In this document: piece after piece, positions 6,934 to 15,844 of the stretch
Position numbering within the stretch: position 1 is the stretch's first letter
How the letters are laid out: every line of letters starts with the position of its first letter
The notes under the pieces: model-generated
What the model was told of the DNA's origin: nothing
Databases searched by the model: none
What the model saw: the letters and a program-made list of their open reading frames with translations, nothing else
DNA from: a virus
Lineage: Duplodnaviria; Caudoviricetes
IMG/VR virus record: IMGVR_UViG_3300025632_000075
Location: 1-24,206 of that record
DNA: 24,206 nt
Strand: one strand, 5' to 3'
Made by a program: the position numbers and the translations under genes

Positions 6934-9215
6934 TGGTCGAAACAACAGAACAGATAGTCCGCGAAGCCCCGGATATTGAAGCCTACAAAGTAGGCTTACT
7001 TAAATCCGCTAAAGCTTTAGCCGACCAAGGCGTCTCAATACCTCCAAACATGGTTGCGGAGATGAACCAGCTTCAAATTAAAGCTGGGGAACTCGCACAA
7101 GCGGGTATTGGTGGATATCAGCCTTACTTACAAGAGGCCGGTTATACTCTAGGCGATGCTCAAACCGCTCTTGGCGGCGTTATGGCAGGCGCACAACCCT
7201 ACCAAACTGAAGCCGCAAACTATATGCGGGCAGGCGCAGACGCCGTTCCCGGTCAAGTTAGCGCGGCTCAACAAGGCATTGCAAACGCAATTGGGGCCGG
7301 TCAATCTGCTACAGATACCGCGGCCCTCGGCCTTGGAACCGCAGCCGATAACGCAAGACTAGCCGCAGCACAGTCCGCAGCCGATCAATTGGCGGCTTAC
7401 GACGCAATCCCGGGACAAGTTAGCGCGGCTCAACAAGGAATGACGGGTGCCGCAGGCATGGCGGGTCAAGTTGCAGACGCTGCAAGAGCCGGTGGCGCAA
7501 ATGTTCAAGGCGCTTTGGCGGGCCAATTAGGCCAGTCAGTAGATCAAGGTCGCGCAATTGCGGGAGCCGGAGCCGAAGCTTTGGGCGCAGCCGCAGGTAT
7601 GGGCGCACAAAGCGCCGCAGACGCCGGATTTGGCGCTCGTATGGGCGCAGCAGGCACGGCTTTGGGGCTAGGAGCCTCTTCTGACGCAGCGCGGACCGCG
7701 GCCCAACAAGCCGGTGTCGGTGGTATTGGCGCGTATGAAAGCGCGTTGGCGGGAAGTCAGCAAGCCGTTCAGGGTGCCAGAGGTATTACAGGTGACGCAG
7801 CGGCAGCTTTGCAACAAGCTGGGGCTTTGGGGACCGAATCCGCACAACAAGGAATTGCCGCTTTAGGCGGAACAACAGGGGCTTTTGACCCCAATTCTAC
7901 TGGCGCATTTATGAACCAGTATGAGGATGCGGCTGTTCAACAGGCTCTATCCGACATCCAACGTCAAGGTGACATCGCGGCCCAAGGCCAGCGGGCACAG
8001 GCCGTGGGTGCTGGAGCGTTTGGTGGTTCAAGGCAGGGTGTCCAAGAGGCCGAAATGGCTAGAAATGTGCTGGAACAGCAAGGTCGTACTGCCGCAGGAA
8101 TGCGTCAAGCGGGTTTTGAAAGTGCCGCACAACGGGCGCAAGCCGCATACGAGGCCCAACAAGGACGGGGCCAGCAAGCCGCGCAACTTACCGGGGCCCT
8201 CGGCGCACAAGGCGCACAGGCTGGAACGCAAGCAGCGACTTCGGCGGCTCAACTTGGTCTTTCTGCCGAGCAATTGGCTGCCGCTCAAGCGGGTCAGCTA
8301 GGTCAGCTAGGCTTGTCCGCACAAACGGCGGCGGGCCAGCAGGGCTTGGCCGCAGAACAGCTTGCCTCACAGAACTTAGGCACGGCGGGCCAACTGGGCC
8401 AGTCAGCCGAGCAACTGGCAGGTCAATTAGGGATGTCAGCAGCGCAGCTACAAGGTCAGACCGCTGGTCAGGCCGCACAACTAGGCATGTCGGCCGAGCA
8501 AATGGCCTCTGCAAACGCGCAAGCTTTGGCACAAACAGGCATGAGCTTAGAACAGCTTTCTGCCCAAACGGGCATGAACGCGGCTCAATTAGCGGGTCAA
8601 ATGGCGGGTCAACAAGGTCAACTTGGCCTACAGGGCGCACAGGCGCAATCTGGGATTGCAGCGCAGGCGGGTCAAACCGCGCTTGCGGGAGAGCAATTTG
8701 CCGGTCAAATGGCAGGTCAGCAAGGTCAACTTGGTCAGGCGCAAGCCAACATGGGAATGCAGGGCGCACAAGCGGCAGGCGGTTTGGGTCTACAAGGCTC
8801 CGAATTGCAAGGCCGGATGGGCGAGGGTATTGGCGGACTTGGCGCACAATACGGACAATTGGGCTTGGCACAGGGCGATGCACTTGGTAATCTTGGATTA
8901 CGTCAAGCGTCTCTCGGTGAATTGGGTCAAAGCATGGGTCAAAAAGAACAAGGGTTCCTGTTCGACGTGGGCAAACAATTCCAAGCCCAAGATCAGGCCG
9001 GTTTGGAAGCCAAGCGTCAAACAGATTTACAACAAGCTTACGAGCCATATCAACGGGTGTCTTTCTTGTCAGATATTTATAAGGGCGCTCCGTCGTCTCA
9101 ACAAAGTATTTCGGCAACTACGGCACCTTCAGTATCGCCAGCCCAAAGTATTTTGGGGCTCGGCGTAGCGGGTCTGTCGGCAGCGGCAGGCGCTAAAAAT
9201 GCGGGGTTATTTTAA
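6933..9215 (+). CDS. Gly/Ala/Gln-rich putative DNA transfer (ejection) protein with 11-residue repeats
   Basis: 760 aa. Contains GAGAFGGSRQGV and an upstream FMNQY...V motif, serial GQLGxSAxQLA-type repeats and a hydrophobic Gly-rich C-terminus (ILGLGVAGLSAAAG). TAATG coupling at both ends. Confidence 0.7.
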   Translation: MVETTEQIVREAPDIEAYKVGLLKSAKALADQGVSIPPNMVAEMNQLQIKAGELAQAGIGGYQPYLQEAGYTLGDAQTALGGVMAGAQPYQTEAANYMRAGADAVPGQVSAAQQGIANAIGAGQSATDTAALGLGTAADNARLAAAQSAADQLAAYDAIPGQVSAAQQGMTGAAGMAGQVADAARAGGANVQGALAGQLGQSVDQGRAIAGAGAEALGAAAGMGAQSAADAGFGARMGAAGTALGLGASSDAARTAAQQAGVGGIGAYESALAGSQQAVQGARGITGDAAAALQQAGALGTESAQQGIAALGGTTGAFDPNSTGAFMNQYEDAAVQQALSDIQRQGDIAAQGQRAQAVGAGAFGGSRQGVQEAEMARNVLEQQGRTAAGMRQAGFESAAQRAQAAYEAQQGRGQQAAQLTGALGAQGAQAGTQAATSAAQLGLSAEQLAAAQAGQLGQLGLSAQTAAGQQGLAAEQLASQNLGTAGQLGQSAEQLAGQLGMSAAQLQGQTAGQAAQLGMSAEQMASANAQALAQTGMSLEQLSAQTGMNAAQLAGQMAGQQGQLGLQGAQAQSGIAAQAGQTALAGEQFAGQMAGQQGQLGQAQANMGMQGAQAAGGLGLQGSELQGRMGEGIGGLGAQYGQLGLAQGDALGNLGLRQASLGELGQSMGQKEQGFLFDVGKQFQAQDQAGLEAKRQTDLQQAYEPYQRVSFLSDIYKGAPSSQQSISATTAPSVSPAQSILGLGVAGLSAAAGAKNAGLF
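7254..7438 (+). repeat. 23-nt exact direct repeat, 162 nt apart (54-aa internal duplication)
   Basis: CAAGTTAGCGCGGCTCAACAAGG at 7254-7276 and 7416-7438. Protein: DAVPGQVSAAQQG / DAIPGQVSAAQQG. Confidence 0.9.
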
Positions 9216-12151
9216 TGATGGATAGAGGTGTAATGGGCCGACAAATGTTCGCGAACGGCGGACAGGTGCGGTATATGCAGGCGGGCGGTTCTCCAATGAT
9301 GCCCCCAGCACCAGAACAAGCGGTAGACCCGGCTGCAATTCCACAAATGGCGATGGCGGGAATGCCTCCGCCTCAAGTAGGTAGCATGGGCGAAGCCGAA
9401 GGAATGGGCGCTCAAGCGGGCATCGATCCAGCGGTTTTGGAACAAATGCTAGGGCAAGCTGCGGGACAGTTTGAAGGCATCGACGCCGCGGCGGAAAACG
9501 AAGATTACGAAGGTGTGATTAACGCCATTCGAGGGGATCAAGCCCCCCTAGAAGACCGTCGTATGGAACTGGCAGAAATGGTTGGGGATGAAGATGCCCA
9601 ACAAACGCCAGACTCCGTTTTGACACTGGTCCAACCTGTCATGCAAATGGCGGCGGTAGATCAAGGCATCGGCGGGTTAGCTCCCGAAACAATGACTACC
9701 CCTATAGAGGGGGACATGGCCGGTGGAATTATGTCCACGATTAATATGGGTGCCGAGGAGGCTCCCGTACCTGTAAATTTTAACCAAGGCGGCGCGGTTC
9801 AGTATTTTGCACCAGAAAACACTAATCGTGTCGCCGGTGCCCCTGACCCACGGGCCTTGGAGCTTTTTAACCAAGACCGGGCTCTTTATGGCCAGCTTAT
9901 TGGCGGAAACGAGCAACAAGCGGCTTACGACGAACAAAAGAAAATGACCCAAGCGCAAATGTTGTTTGACATTGCGCAGGGTGCGTTGGCGTTTGCAACG
10001 CCCGGAGACCGTCAAATGAGCCCTGCGGAGCGTTTGGCACAAGTGGCGCAACCCGTATTAGGTAATATCGGAGCCCGTTCGGGTGAACTATTAAAGTTTA
10101 AGCAAGGCCAAGCTGCGGAAAAACGCCAGCTAGATATGGCGGCGTTGCAGTCCTCTCAGACTAAACTGGGAGTAGAAAAGCAAGCAGAAATAGATGCTGC
10201 GGCGGCGGCTGCTTTGGCCGAAAGCCAATCAGTAGAAAAAGCCGCAGAACGCGCTCAAGAATTACTATTGCAAAGCAACAAGTTCTCGTTCCAACGCGAA
10301 AAAGGCGAAACAGAACAAGGGTATGCTCTACGTTTGGCAAATGATTTGGCGGAAAGTCGCCGGACACTAGCTAATCTTGAAGGAGCGAATACCGAGTCTC
10401 AAATTAGGCTTCGGGAAGAACTGCAAGCAAAAGAAGCGCGTTTAGCGGAAGCTCACGATTTAGTCCTTCAAGGCAAAAAGTTTGACTTCACGACTACAGA
10501 ACGTCTTTCTTCACAAGAGTTTAAAAGCGAGTTGCAGAACGCGATTGATGCCGCTAGTGCATCACGTCAAGCTCTTGGGTTTGCAAATGATGCGAAAACT
10601 ATTGCTCAACGTGCAGAGCTTGATCGACAGTTGGCAGAACTAAACAGTAGCCTACGCGTAACAGAAAAAGCAGTTGATCTGGACAATACTTTAAAAGTGG
10701 CTGGTGTTAAGAACGGTTACGAATTGGCTCAGATGGACAAAGGGCACGACTTCAACCTCGCACTTGCAGATCACAAAGGCACAATTGCTGCCGCTGCCGC
10801 GCAAAACCAACAAATTGCTACGGCTGCCGAAAACGCACTGGATCGTGCGGCTCGCGAAAACTTGCAAATTACAGCGCAAAACTTCAAAGCCTTTCTGCAA
10901 AAGGATATGCAAGACTTCACCGGTAGCGAGTCTGAAAAAGATAGGTTGCTTACACAGCTTCAAAATGACGTTCTTAATGGGTTTAAAGAGCGCGGTCTGG
11001 ATATTTCGCAAGGTAATCTTGATTTGGCAACGCTTACTCAGATCGCTAACGAAAGCATGGCAGTTCGCAAGCAAGCGTTTGCAGAGGCTGAAGCTAAAGC
11101 AGACAGATTGGCTCCGTCGCTTAAAGTGATAGACAACGATCTGGTGCTATTTAATCCTGCGGACAATTCGGCGGTATCGGTATTCCAAGCGGAATCCGCG
11201 CCTACCGAGCCTGTCTTTAAGGTTATTCGTAACATGAACAATCAAACTACTCGCGTGGTGGATATTACAACGGCTTCGGGACAAGCAGCAATTGAAGCCG
11301 CTAATAACGCGAATGCGGGCGGAACACAAAAGTTTACTGTTTCCAACATGGGGTCAGACACCGCTCCGACGGCCAAAGCTTTCGCCATCCAAGGTTTAGG
11401 AAACGTACTAAGTTACGATGGTGGCCGAACATACTTAAATGCTTCGGGTCAATCCGTAAGTATGCCTGCTACCGGTGTTAACCCACTAAGCGATACGATT
11501 GCTTACGACATTGCGGCCAAACAACGAATTGCGTTAAAAGCGGGTAAAGACCTAGAAGCTTTGGATGAACAACTTGGGATTGTGGCCAAAGGCGGTACGC
11601 GGGATAATCCGCAATCATTGTCTTCTGAAGAAGCTGGGTTGATGAAAGACGCCATGAACGCGGCCCGTAATGGTACGGGCCCGTATGCGGGATTTGCGGT
11701 ATTTTTGGATAACACTTTTGGCGGATTTATTCCGCAAGCTCGTGAAGCGTTCCAAGACACGCAGTCAAACCGTCAATTCTTGCGCGGGCTTACTATTCTA
11801 ACTCGTTCTGCTCTGGTTGTTAACCCGCGATTCCCGGTTGCAGAGATGGAAAAAGTTGCAGTCCTATTTGCAGACCCGGACAGCTTTTTTGCCAACCCGG
11901 AAACAGAGGCCAATAAACTTATCGAATTAAAACGTTTAGCCACTACGCAGAAAAGAGCTAACCTTCAAGCTTTGAGCGACGGCGTTCAAGATGACCAAAC
12001 AAGACAGGCCGTTTTGTCAAACAACTTCGAAATAGACCGGTTATTGAACATGCTCTCAACCGTGCCTTTGCAGTCCGGACAAAAAGTAGATGACGGTACT
12101 GCCAACGCCTTGCGTCAGCATATCTTTAATCAACAAGGGGGCAAACCATAA
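9215..12151 (+). CDS. Putative internal virion protein, long coiled-coil
   Basis: 978 aa. N-terminal FANGG/MQAGG motifs, a Pro/Met-rich region, a small acidic helical domain, a long A/E/L/Q-rich coiled coil and a beta-rich segment before the C-terminal helical domain. Confidence 0.7.
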   Translation: MMDRGVMGRQMFANGGQVRYMQAGGSPMMPPAPEQAVDPAAIPQMAMAGMPPPQVGSMGEAEGMGAQAGIDPAVLEQMLGQAAGQFEGIDAAAENEDYEGVINAIRGDQAPLEDRRMELAEMVGDEDAQQTPDSVLTLVQPVMQMAAVDQGIGGLAPETMTTPIEGDMAGGIMSTINMGAEEAPVPVNFNQGGAVQYFAPENTNRVAGAPDPRALELFNQDRALYGQLIGGNEQQAAYDEQKKMTQAQMLFDIAQGALAFATPGDRQMSPAERLAQVAQPVLGNIGARSGELLKFKQGQAAEKRQLDMAALQSSQTKLGVEKQAEIDAAAAAALAESQSVEKAAERAQELLLQSNKFSFQREKGETEQGYALRLANDLAESRRTLANLEGANTESQIRLREELQAKEARLAEAHDLVLQGKKFDFTTTERLSSQEFKSELQNAIDAASASRQALGFANDAKTIAQRAELDRQLAELNSSLRVTEKAVDLDNTLKVAGVKNGYELAQMDKGHDFNLALADHKGTIAAAAAQNQQIATAAENALDRAARENLQITAQNFKAFLQKDMQDFTGSESEKDRLLTQLQNDVLNGFKERGLDISQGNLDLATLTQIANESMAVRKQAFAEAEAKADRLAPSLKVIDNDLVLFNPADNSAVSVFQAESAPTEPVFKVIRNMNNQTTRVVDITTASGQAAIEAANNANAGGTQKFTVSNMGSDTAPTAKAFAIQGLGNVLSYDGGRTYLNASGQSVSMPATGVNPLSDTIAYDIAAKQRIALKAGKDLEALDEQLGIVAKGGTRDNPQSLSSEEAGLMKDAMNAARNGTGPYAGFAVFLDNTFGGFIPQAREAFQDTQSNRQFLRGLTILTRSALVVNPRFPVAEMEKVAVLFADPDSFFANPETEANKLIELKRLATTQKRANLQALSDGVQDDQTRQAVLSNNFEIDRLLNMLSTVPLQSGQKVDDGTANALRQHIFNQQGGKP

Positions 12152-15100
12152 TGGAACCCGAAGTTGTAACAGCCGACAGCAACCCACCTAACCGTAAACC
12201 GGTGGTTTTTGACAAGCCGCAGTTTGATGCGTATGTCTCGGGGTTTTCTGGAGAGGGCAAAGACCCTTCTAAGGTAATTGCAGAAATGCTTGCCGAAGAA
12301 GTTCTGGGCTCTGGATCATACCAAGGGTTAATAAGTGGGCAATCCACCTTGTTTGACACTTTCCCCGGATTGAAGGACAAAGCCCCGGCGGAAAGAGGGC
12401 TGACTAACGACCAAATAATTAATCTTCTTGCCGTAGATACTGAGGGCAACCCTATTGAGGCCGGAACGTTTTTGCAGGGCTTTGAACGTGAAATTGCGCC
12501 AGCCGCAACATCACTAGGCGGATTTGGAGCCGGTGTAAAATATGGCTCAAAAGCGCCTATACCGCACCCGCTTGCAAAAGGTATATTTGTTTTGGGCTCC
12601 GGTGTTGTGGGGTCTTTGTTTGGTTACAAAGGCGGGGAACTGTTAACGGATGAGTTGATTGGACCCGAAAGCCCCATGCTCCCCCGTCAAACCGCGGCGT
12701 ATGAATCTGGAAAAACGGCTGCCGGAGTGTTGGGGTGGCTTCCATTCCCATTTATGATTTCTAAAAACGTAGGCGTAGGAACGGCTGAGTTTATTAAAAA
12801 CTTGGCAGAGAAAGGCATAACACCTTCTCGGTCAACCCGTTTGCTTCAAGGGGCGCAAAATCTGCTTTCCAAAACGGGAACCACGGCCCGCGCCGCACCG
12901 ATTCCTTTCCTCGTAGGAGAAACGGTTGCAGGCGCAGGTCAAGTTGGTGGTGCCGGATTTTCGGAGACTTACTTTCAAGGCGACCCCTTGGCTCGTATTT
13001 TCTTTGAAGGCGTGGGCGGCGTAGGCACAACTCTCGTGGCCAGTCCAATGGTGCCCGTTGTAAACAATTACGACAAAATTCTACCGGCTTTGCGAAGAGT
13101 AAGACAAACCTACGAACAGGGCGGCGCAAGTGCAGTTTTGTCTCCTTTAAAGGCTAAACGCCAACAAAAAGCTGTAGAACGAATTGTAGATATTCTTGAG
13201 GCCGAGGGCGAAGACTTAGAAGCCGTAATCGCACGATTAGCGGGAGATGATCTAGGTGAACTTCTCATTGGAGAAGATGGTAAACCGATTCCTTTAACTG
13301 CGGGGGCCAAAGGTGGTTCTCCCGCACTGTTGGCTATCGAAGCTTCCCTAGAGCAATTAGGTGGTGGCTTGTCTGCGGAAAGAACCGCAGGTTCAAAGGC
13401 GTCTATAAAAGCTCTGAGAAACGTTATTTTAGCCATGGCACAAACAGGTGACCAAGACGCTATTCAAACCGCTGCTGATCTTGCCGAGGGCGTATTTAGC
13501 GCCCAGCTAAACGAACGGATGGCCTTTGCAACCGATAATGTGATGAGTGCCTTCTCGCAGGTTTCTGGAGATGGAACCAGCAACATTCAGCTTTCAGAAA
13601 AACTATTCGACATAATTACAAACCAGTTGGGACAGGCCCGTAGCAAGGAAAAGGTTTTGTGGTCCGCGGTGCCGGATATTGACTTGACTTCTTTCACAAA
13701 CGCGGCGGGAGAAACAACCAACACTCCTAGCTTTGTAACGGCGTGGAATAGGTTACGCGGCGTATCTCCAGAACTTCAGAAAAAACTTGCTGATGATATG
13801 CCCCTTCTTCAAGATTTTGTAGTTAGGAAAACAGACGAATTAGGATTGAGTGGACCCCCACCGGTATCCGCAGAGTTACGAACCGCTCAGAAACGAGCCA
13901 CAGAAGCTGTAAATAAACTTGCCGGAACAACATATGAAAACCGGGTAAGTAGTATCGTAGACACGATGACTGGCGACGGTGCAACTCAACAAGAAATTTT
14001 AACTCGCCTTAGACAAGAAGCAAGCGCGTCTCGGGGGCGGATGTCCACACCGCGCACTCGTCAATTGGCGGATGCTCTGGATAAAACCGCAGACCTGATG
14101 GTTATGCAGGGAAATCAGCCCGCGGCCGACGGCTCTGGTGCCGTAACCGCTCCTCTTACCACCAAAGAACTAACAGAACTTCGAGGTATAGCATTAAACT
14201 ATGCCCGTCGTTTTGCGTCAGGGGAAAACCCAGACTACAATTCGGCTCGAATTGCTAATGAAATGGCTAGTGCAATGTTAGATGATCTCGGAGGAGCTTC
14301 GTTGGGCCCTGCCGCAGACAACTATCGCTTTCAATATGACACCGCGAGAGCTTATTCCCGCGCTTTAAATGACACGTTCACTCGTGCTTTTGCAGGCGAG
14401 GCTACCAAGACAAAAGGCTCGGGAGCCGCGAGCATGGGACCAGAGCTTTTGGCTCGTCGTATTCTACAGGGCGGAAACGATCCAACATACTTACGGTTGG
14501 AACAAATCAATGACATAGGCATGTTTGCCGTAGAAGAAGGTTTAGCGGACGCGGAAACAACCGTTGGTACTCTTCGGGGAGTTACCGAGCAAATTCTTCG
14601 CAACGCTAGATCGGAAACCTTTGACCCTAACACGGGTCAAGTTAATCCAGACGCTTTGGCTAAATGGGTTGCAAAAAACTCAGACGTGTTAGATCAGTTC
14701 CCTGCACTAAAATTTGACCTTCAAAACGCAGAAAGTGCAAATGTTCTTCTTAAAGAAACATCCGTAATTAATCAAAAACGACAAGCGGAAGAACTGGCAC
14801 AACTTAGCTTTTACGACCTTATGAACCCTGTTGTCAGCGACACGGGCCGCAGAGTTCATGGTACAGAAAGTCCTACTACCGCTATAGCCCGAGCTATTAA
14901 CACAAAGGCACCTATCAAAGGATTAAACAGACTTTTAGAGGTTGTTAAAAACGCTCCAGAAGACATGCAAGAACAGGCGATGACGGGTCTTAAATCCTCT
15001 ATTTTGGAATGGGCCGCAACAAAAGCTGGGGGCAGCCACTCTGGAACGTTTAGCCCTAGTTCGTTGTATGATGACATGTTCCGACCTATTAAAGGGGCTT

Positions 15101-15843
15101 CTGGCCGTGTATCCTTGGTAGACTGGATGAAAGAAAACAAGGTCATGAACGAGGCCGAGCTTTCTAACTTAAAAACTTATTTATCTGAAATGGTTCGTTT
15201 TGAAGCGTCAGAGAAAGCAGGTGACATTGGAGAGCTTGTTGATCGGGCTGGTCCTTTGTTTGATTTCTACTTAGGTATCACAGGTTCTGCGCTCGGTACT
15301 CGCGCACAACGCCTAATTACTGGCGGTCAAAGTGGCCCCGGCGCTCTTATCGCTGCGGGTCAAGGTGCCGAAACAATGCGTCGTATATTTAACGACATTC
15401 CGGCAGCCCTGCAAACTGACGTTATGTCAGAGCTTATGGCTAACCCGACGCTCCTTGCCGCAATGATGAGAAAACCCCGAGGGGATGCGGAACGTATTCG
15501 TGTGGCCGAGCGTATCGGCGGCATGTTAAAAGACTTGGGTTTCTCCCCAGTACGTCGGGCCGCTCCCGCCGTTCCGCGTGAGATAGACGACGAAATAGAA
15601 AAAGAAACAGTACCCTTGCCCCTCTCAGACCAAGAAGGGTCATTGAATACCGTGCCGGTGGTTCCTCCCACCCAAACCGGCCCGGTTACTCAGCCTAGTC
15701 CTGTCCAACAGGCCGCTGCGCCACCCCAAGTGGCACCTGTACAATCTTCTGGACCGGTTGACAGGACTAGGTACGCTGCATTGTTTCCGAATGACTCAAC
15801 AACGCAGTTAATGAAAAGCGGTATTGGAAGTTTAGGGGCTTAA
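12151..15843 (+). CDS. Large putative internal virion (ejectosome-type) protein
   Basis: 1230 aa, mostly helical. Gly-rich hydrophobic segments near the N-terminus, a Pro/Gln-rich linker and a C-terminal YAALFPND...GIGSLGA tail. Its position among the internal-protein genes supports the call. Confidence 0.7.
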   Translation: MEPEVVTADSNPPNRKPVVFDKPQFDAYVSGFSGEGKDPSKVIAEMLAEEVLGSGSYQGLISGQSTLFDTFPGLKDKAPAERGLTNDQIINLLAVDTEGNPIEAGTFLQGFEREIAPAATSLGGFGAGVKYGSKAPIPHPLAKGIFVLGSGVVGSLFGYKGGELLTDELIGPESPMLPRQTAAYESGKTAAGVLGWLPFPFMISKNVGVGTAEFIKNLAEKGITPSRSTRLLQGAQNLLSKTGTTARAAPIPFLVGETVAGAGQVGGAGFSETYFQGDPLARIFFEGVGGVGTTLVASPMVPVVNNYDKILPALRRVRQTYEQGGASAVLSPLKAKRQQKAVERIVDILEAEGEDLEAVIARLAGDDLGELLIGEDGKPIPLTAGAKGGSPALLAIEASLEQLGGGLSAERTAGSKASIKALRNVILAMAQTGDQDAIQTAADLAEGVFSAQLNERMAFATDNVMSAFSQVSGDGTSNIQLSEKLFDIITNQLGQARSKEKVLWSAVPDIDLTSFTNAAGETTNTPSFVTAWNRLRGVSPELQKKLADDMPLLQDFVVRKTDELGLSGPPPVSAELRTAQKRATEAVNKLAGTTYENRVSSIVDTMTGDGATQQEILTRLRQEASASRGRMSTPRTRQLADALDKTADLMVMQGNQPAADGSGAVTAPLTTKELTELRGIALNYARRFASGENPDYNSARIANEMASAMLDDLGGASLGPAADNYRFQYDTARAYSRALNDTFTRAFAGEATKTKGSGAASMGPELLARRILQGGNDPTYLRLEQINDIGMFAVEEGLADAETTVGTLRGVTEQILRNARSETFDPNTGQVNPDALAKWVAKNSDVLDQFPALKFDLQNAESANVLLKETSVINQKRQAEELAQLSFYDLMNPVVSDTGRRVHGTESPTTAIARAINTKAPIKGLNRLLEVVKNAPEDMQEQAMTGLKSSILEWAATKAGGSHSGTFSPSSLYDDMFRPIKGASGRVSLVDWMKENKVMNEAELSNLKTYLSEMVRFEASEKAGDIGELVDRAGPLFDFYLGITGSALGTRAQRLITGGQSGPGALIAAGQGAETMRRIFNDIPAALQTDVMSELMANPTLLAAMMRKPRGDAERIRVAERIGGMLKDLGFSPVRRAAPAVPREIDDEIEKETVPLPLSDQEGSLNTVPVVPPTQTGPVTQPSPVQQAAAPPQVAPVQSSGPVDRTRYAALFPNDSTTQLMKSGIGSLGA

Positions 15844-15844
15844 C

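Noticed and set aside
5959-7438. Direct repeats as a possible CRISPR array, att sites or DGR template/variable pair
   Set aside because: Only two copies each, in frame within coding sequence, with no unique spacers, no adenine-specific mismatch pattern and no cas, integrase or reverse transcriptase gene in view.
8188-9117. 309-aa minus-strand ORF
   Set aside because: Antisense shadow of the repetitive Gly/Ala/Gln gene, whose codons rarely create reverse-strand stops. The product is Pro/Arg-rich with no recognisable motif.
5095-15843. Tape-measure protein / siphovirus call
   Set aside because: Only the short GG...GEFV module resembles a tape measure. Several serial internal-protein genes after a hub-like gene, with no tail-tube or chaperone frameshift genes in view, fit a short-tailed virion better.
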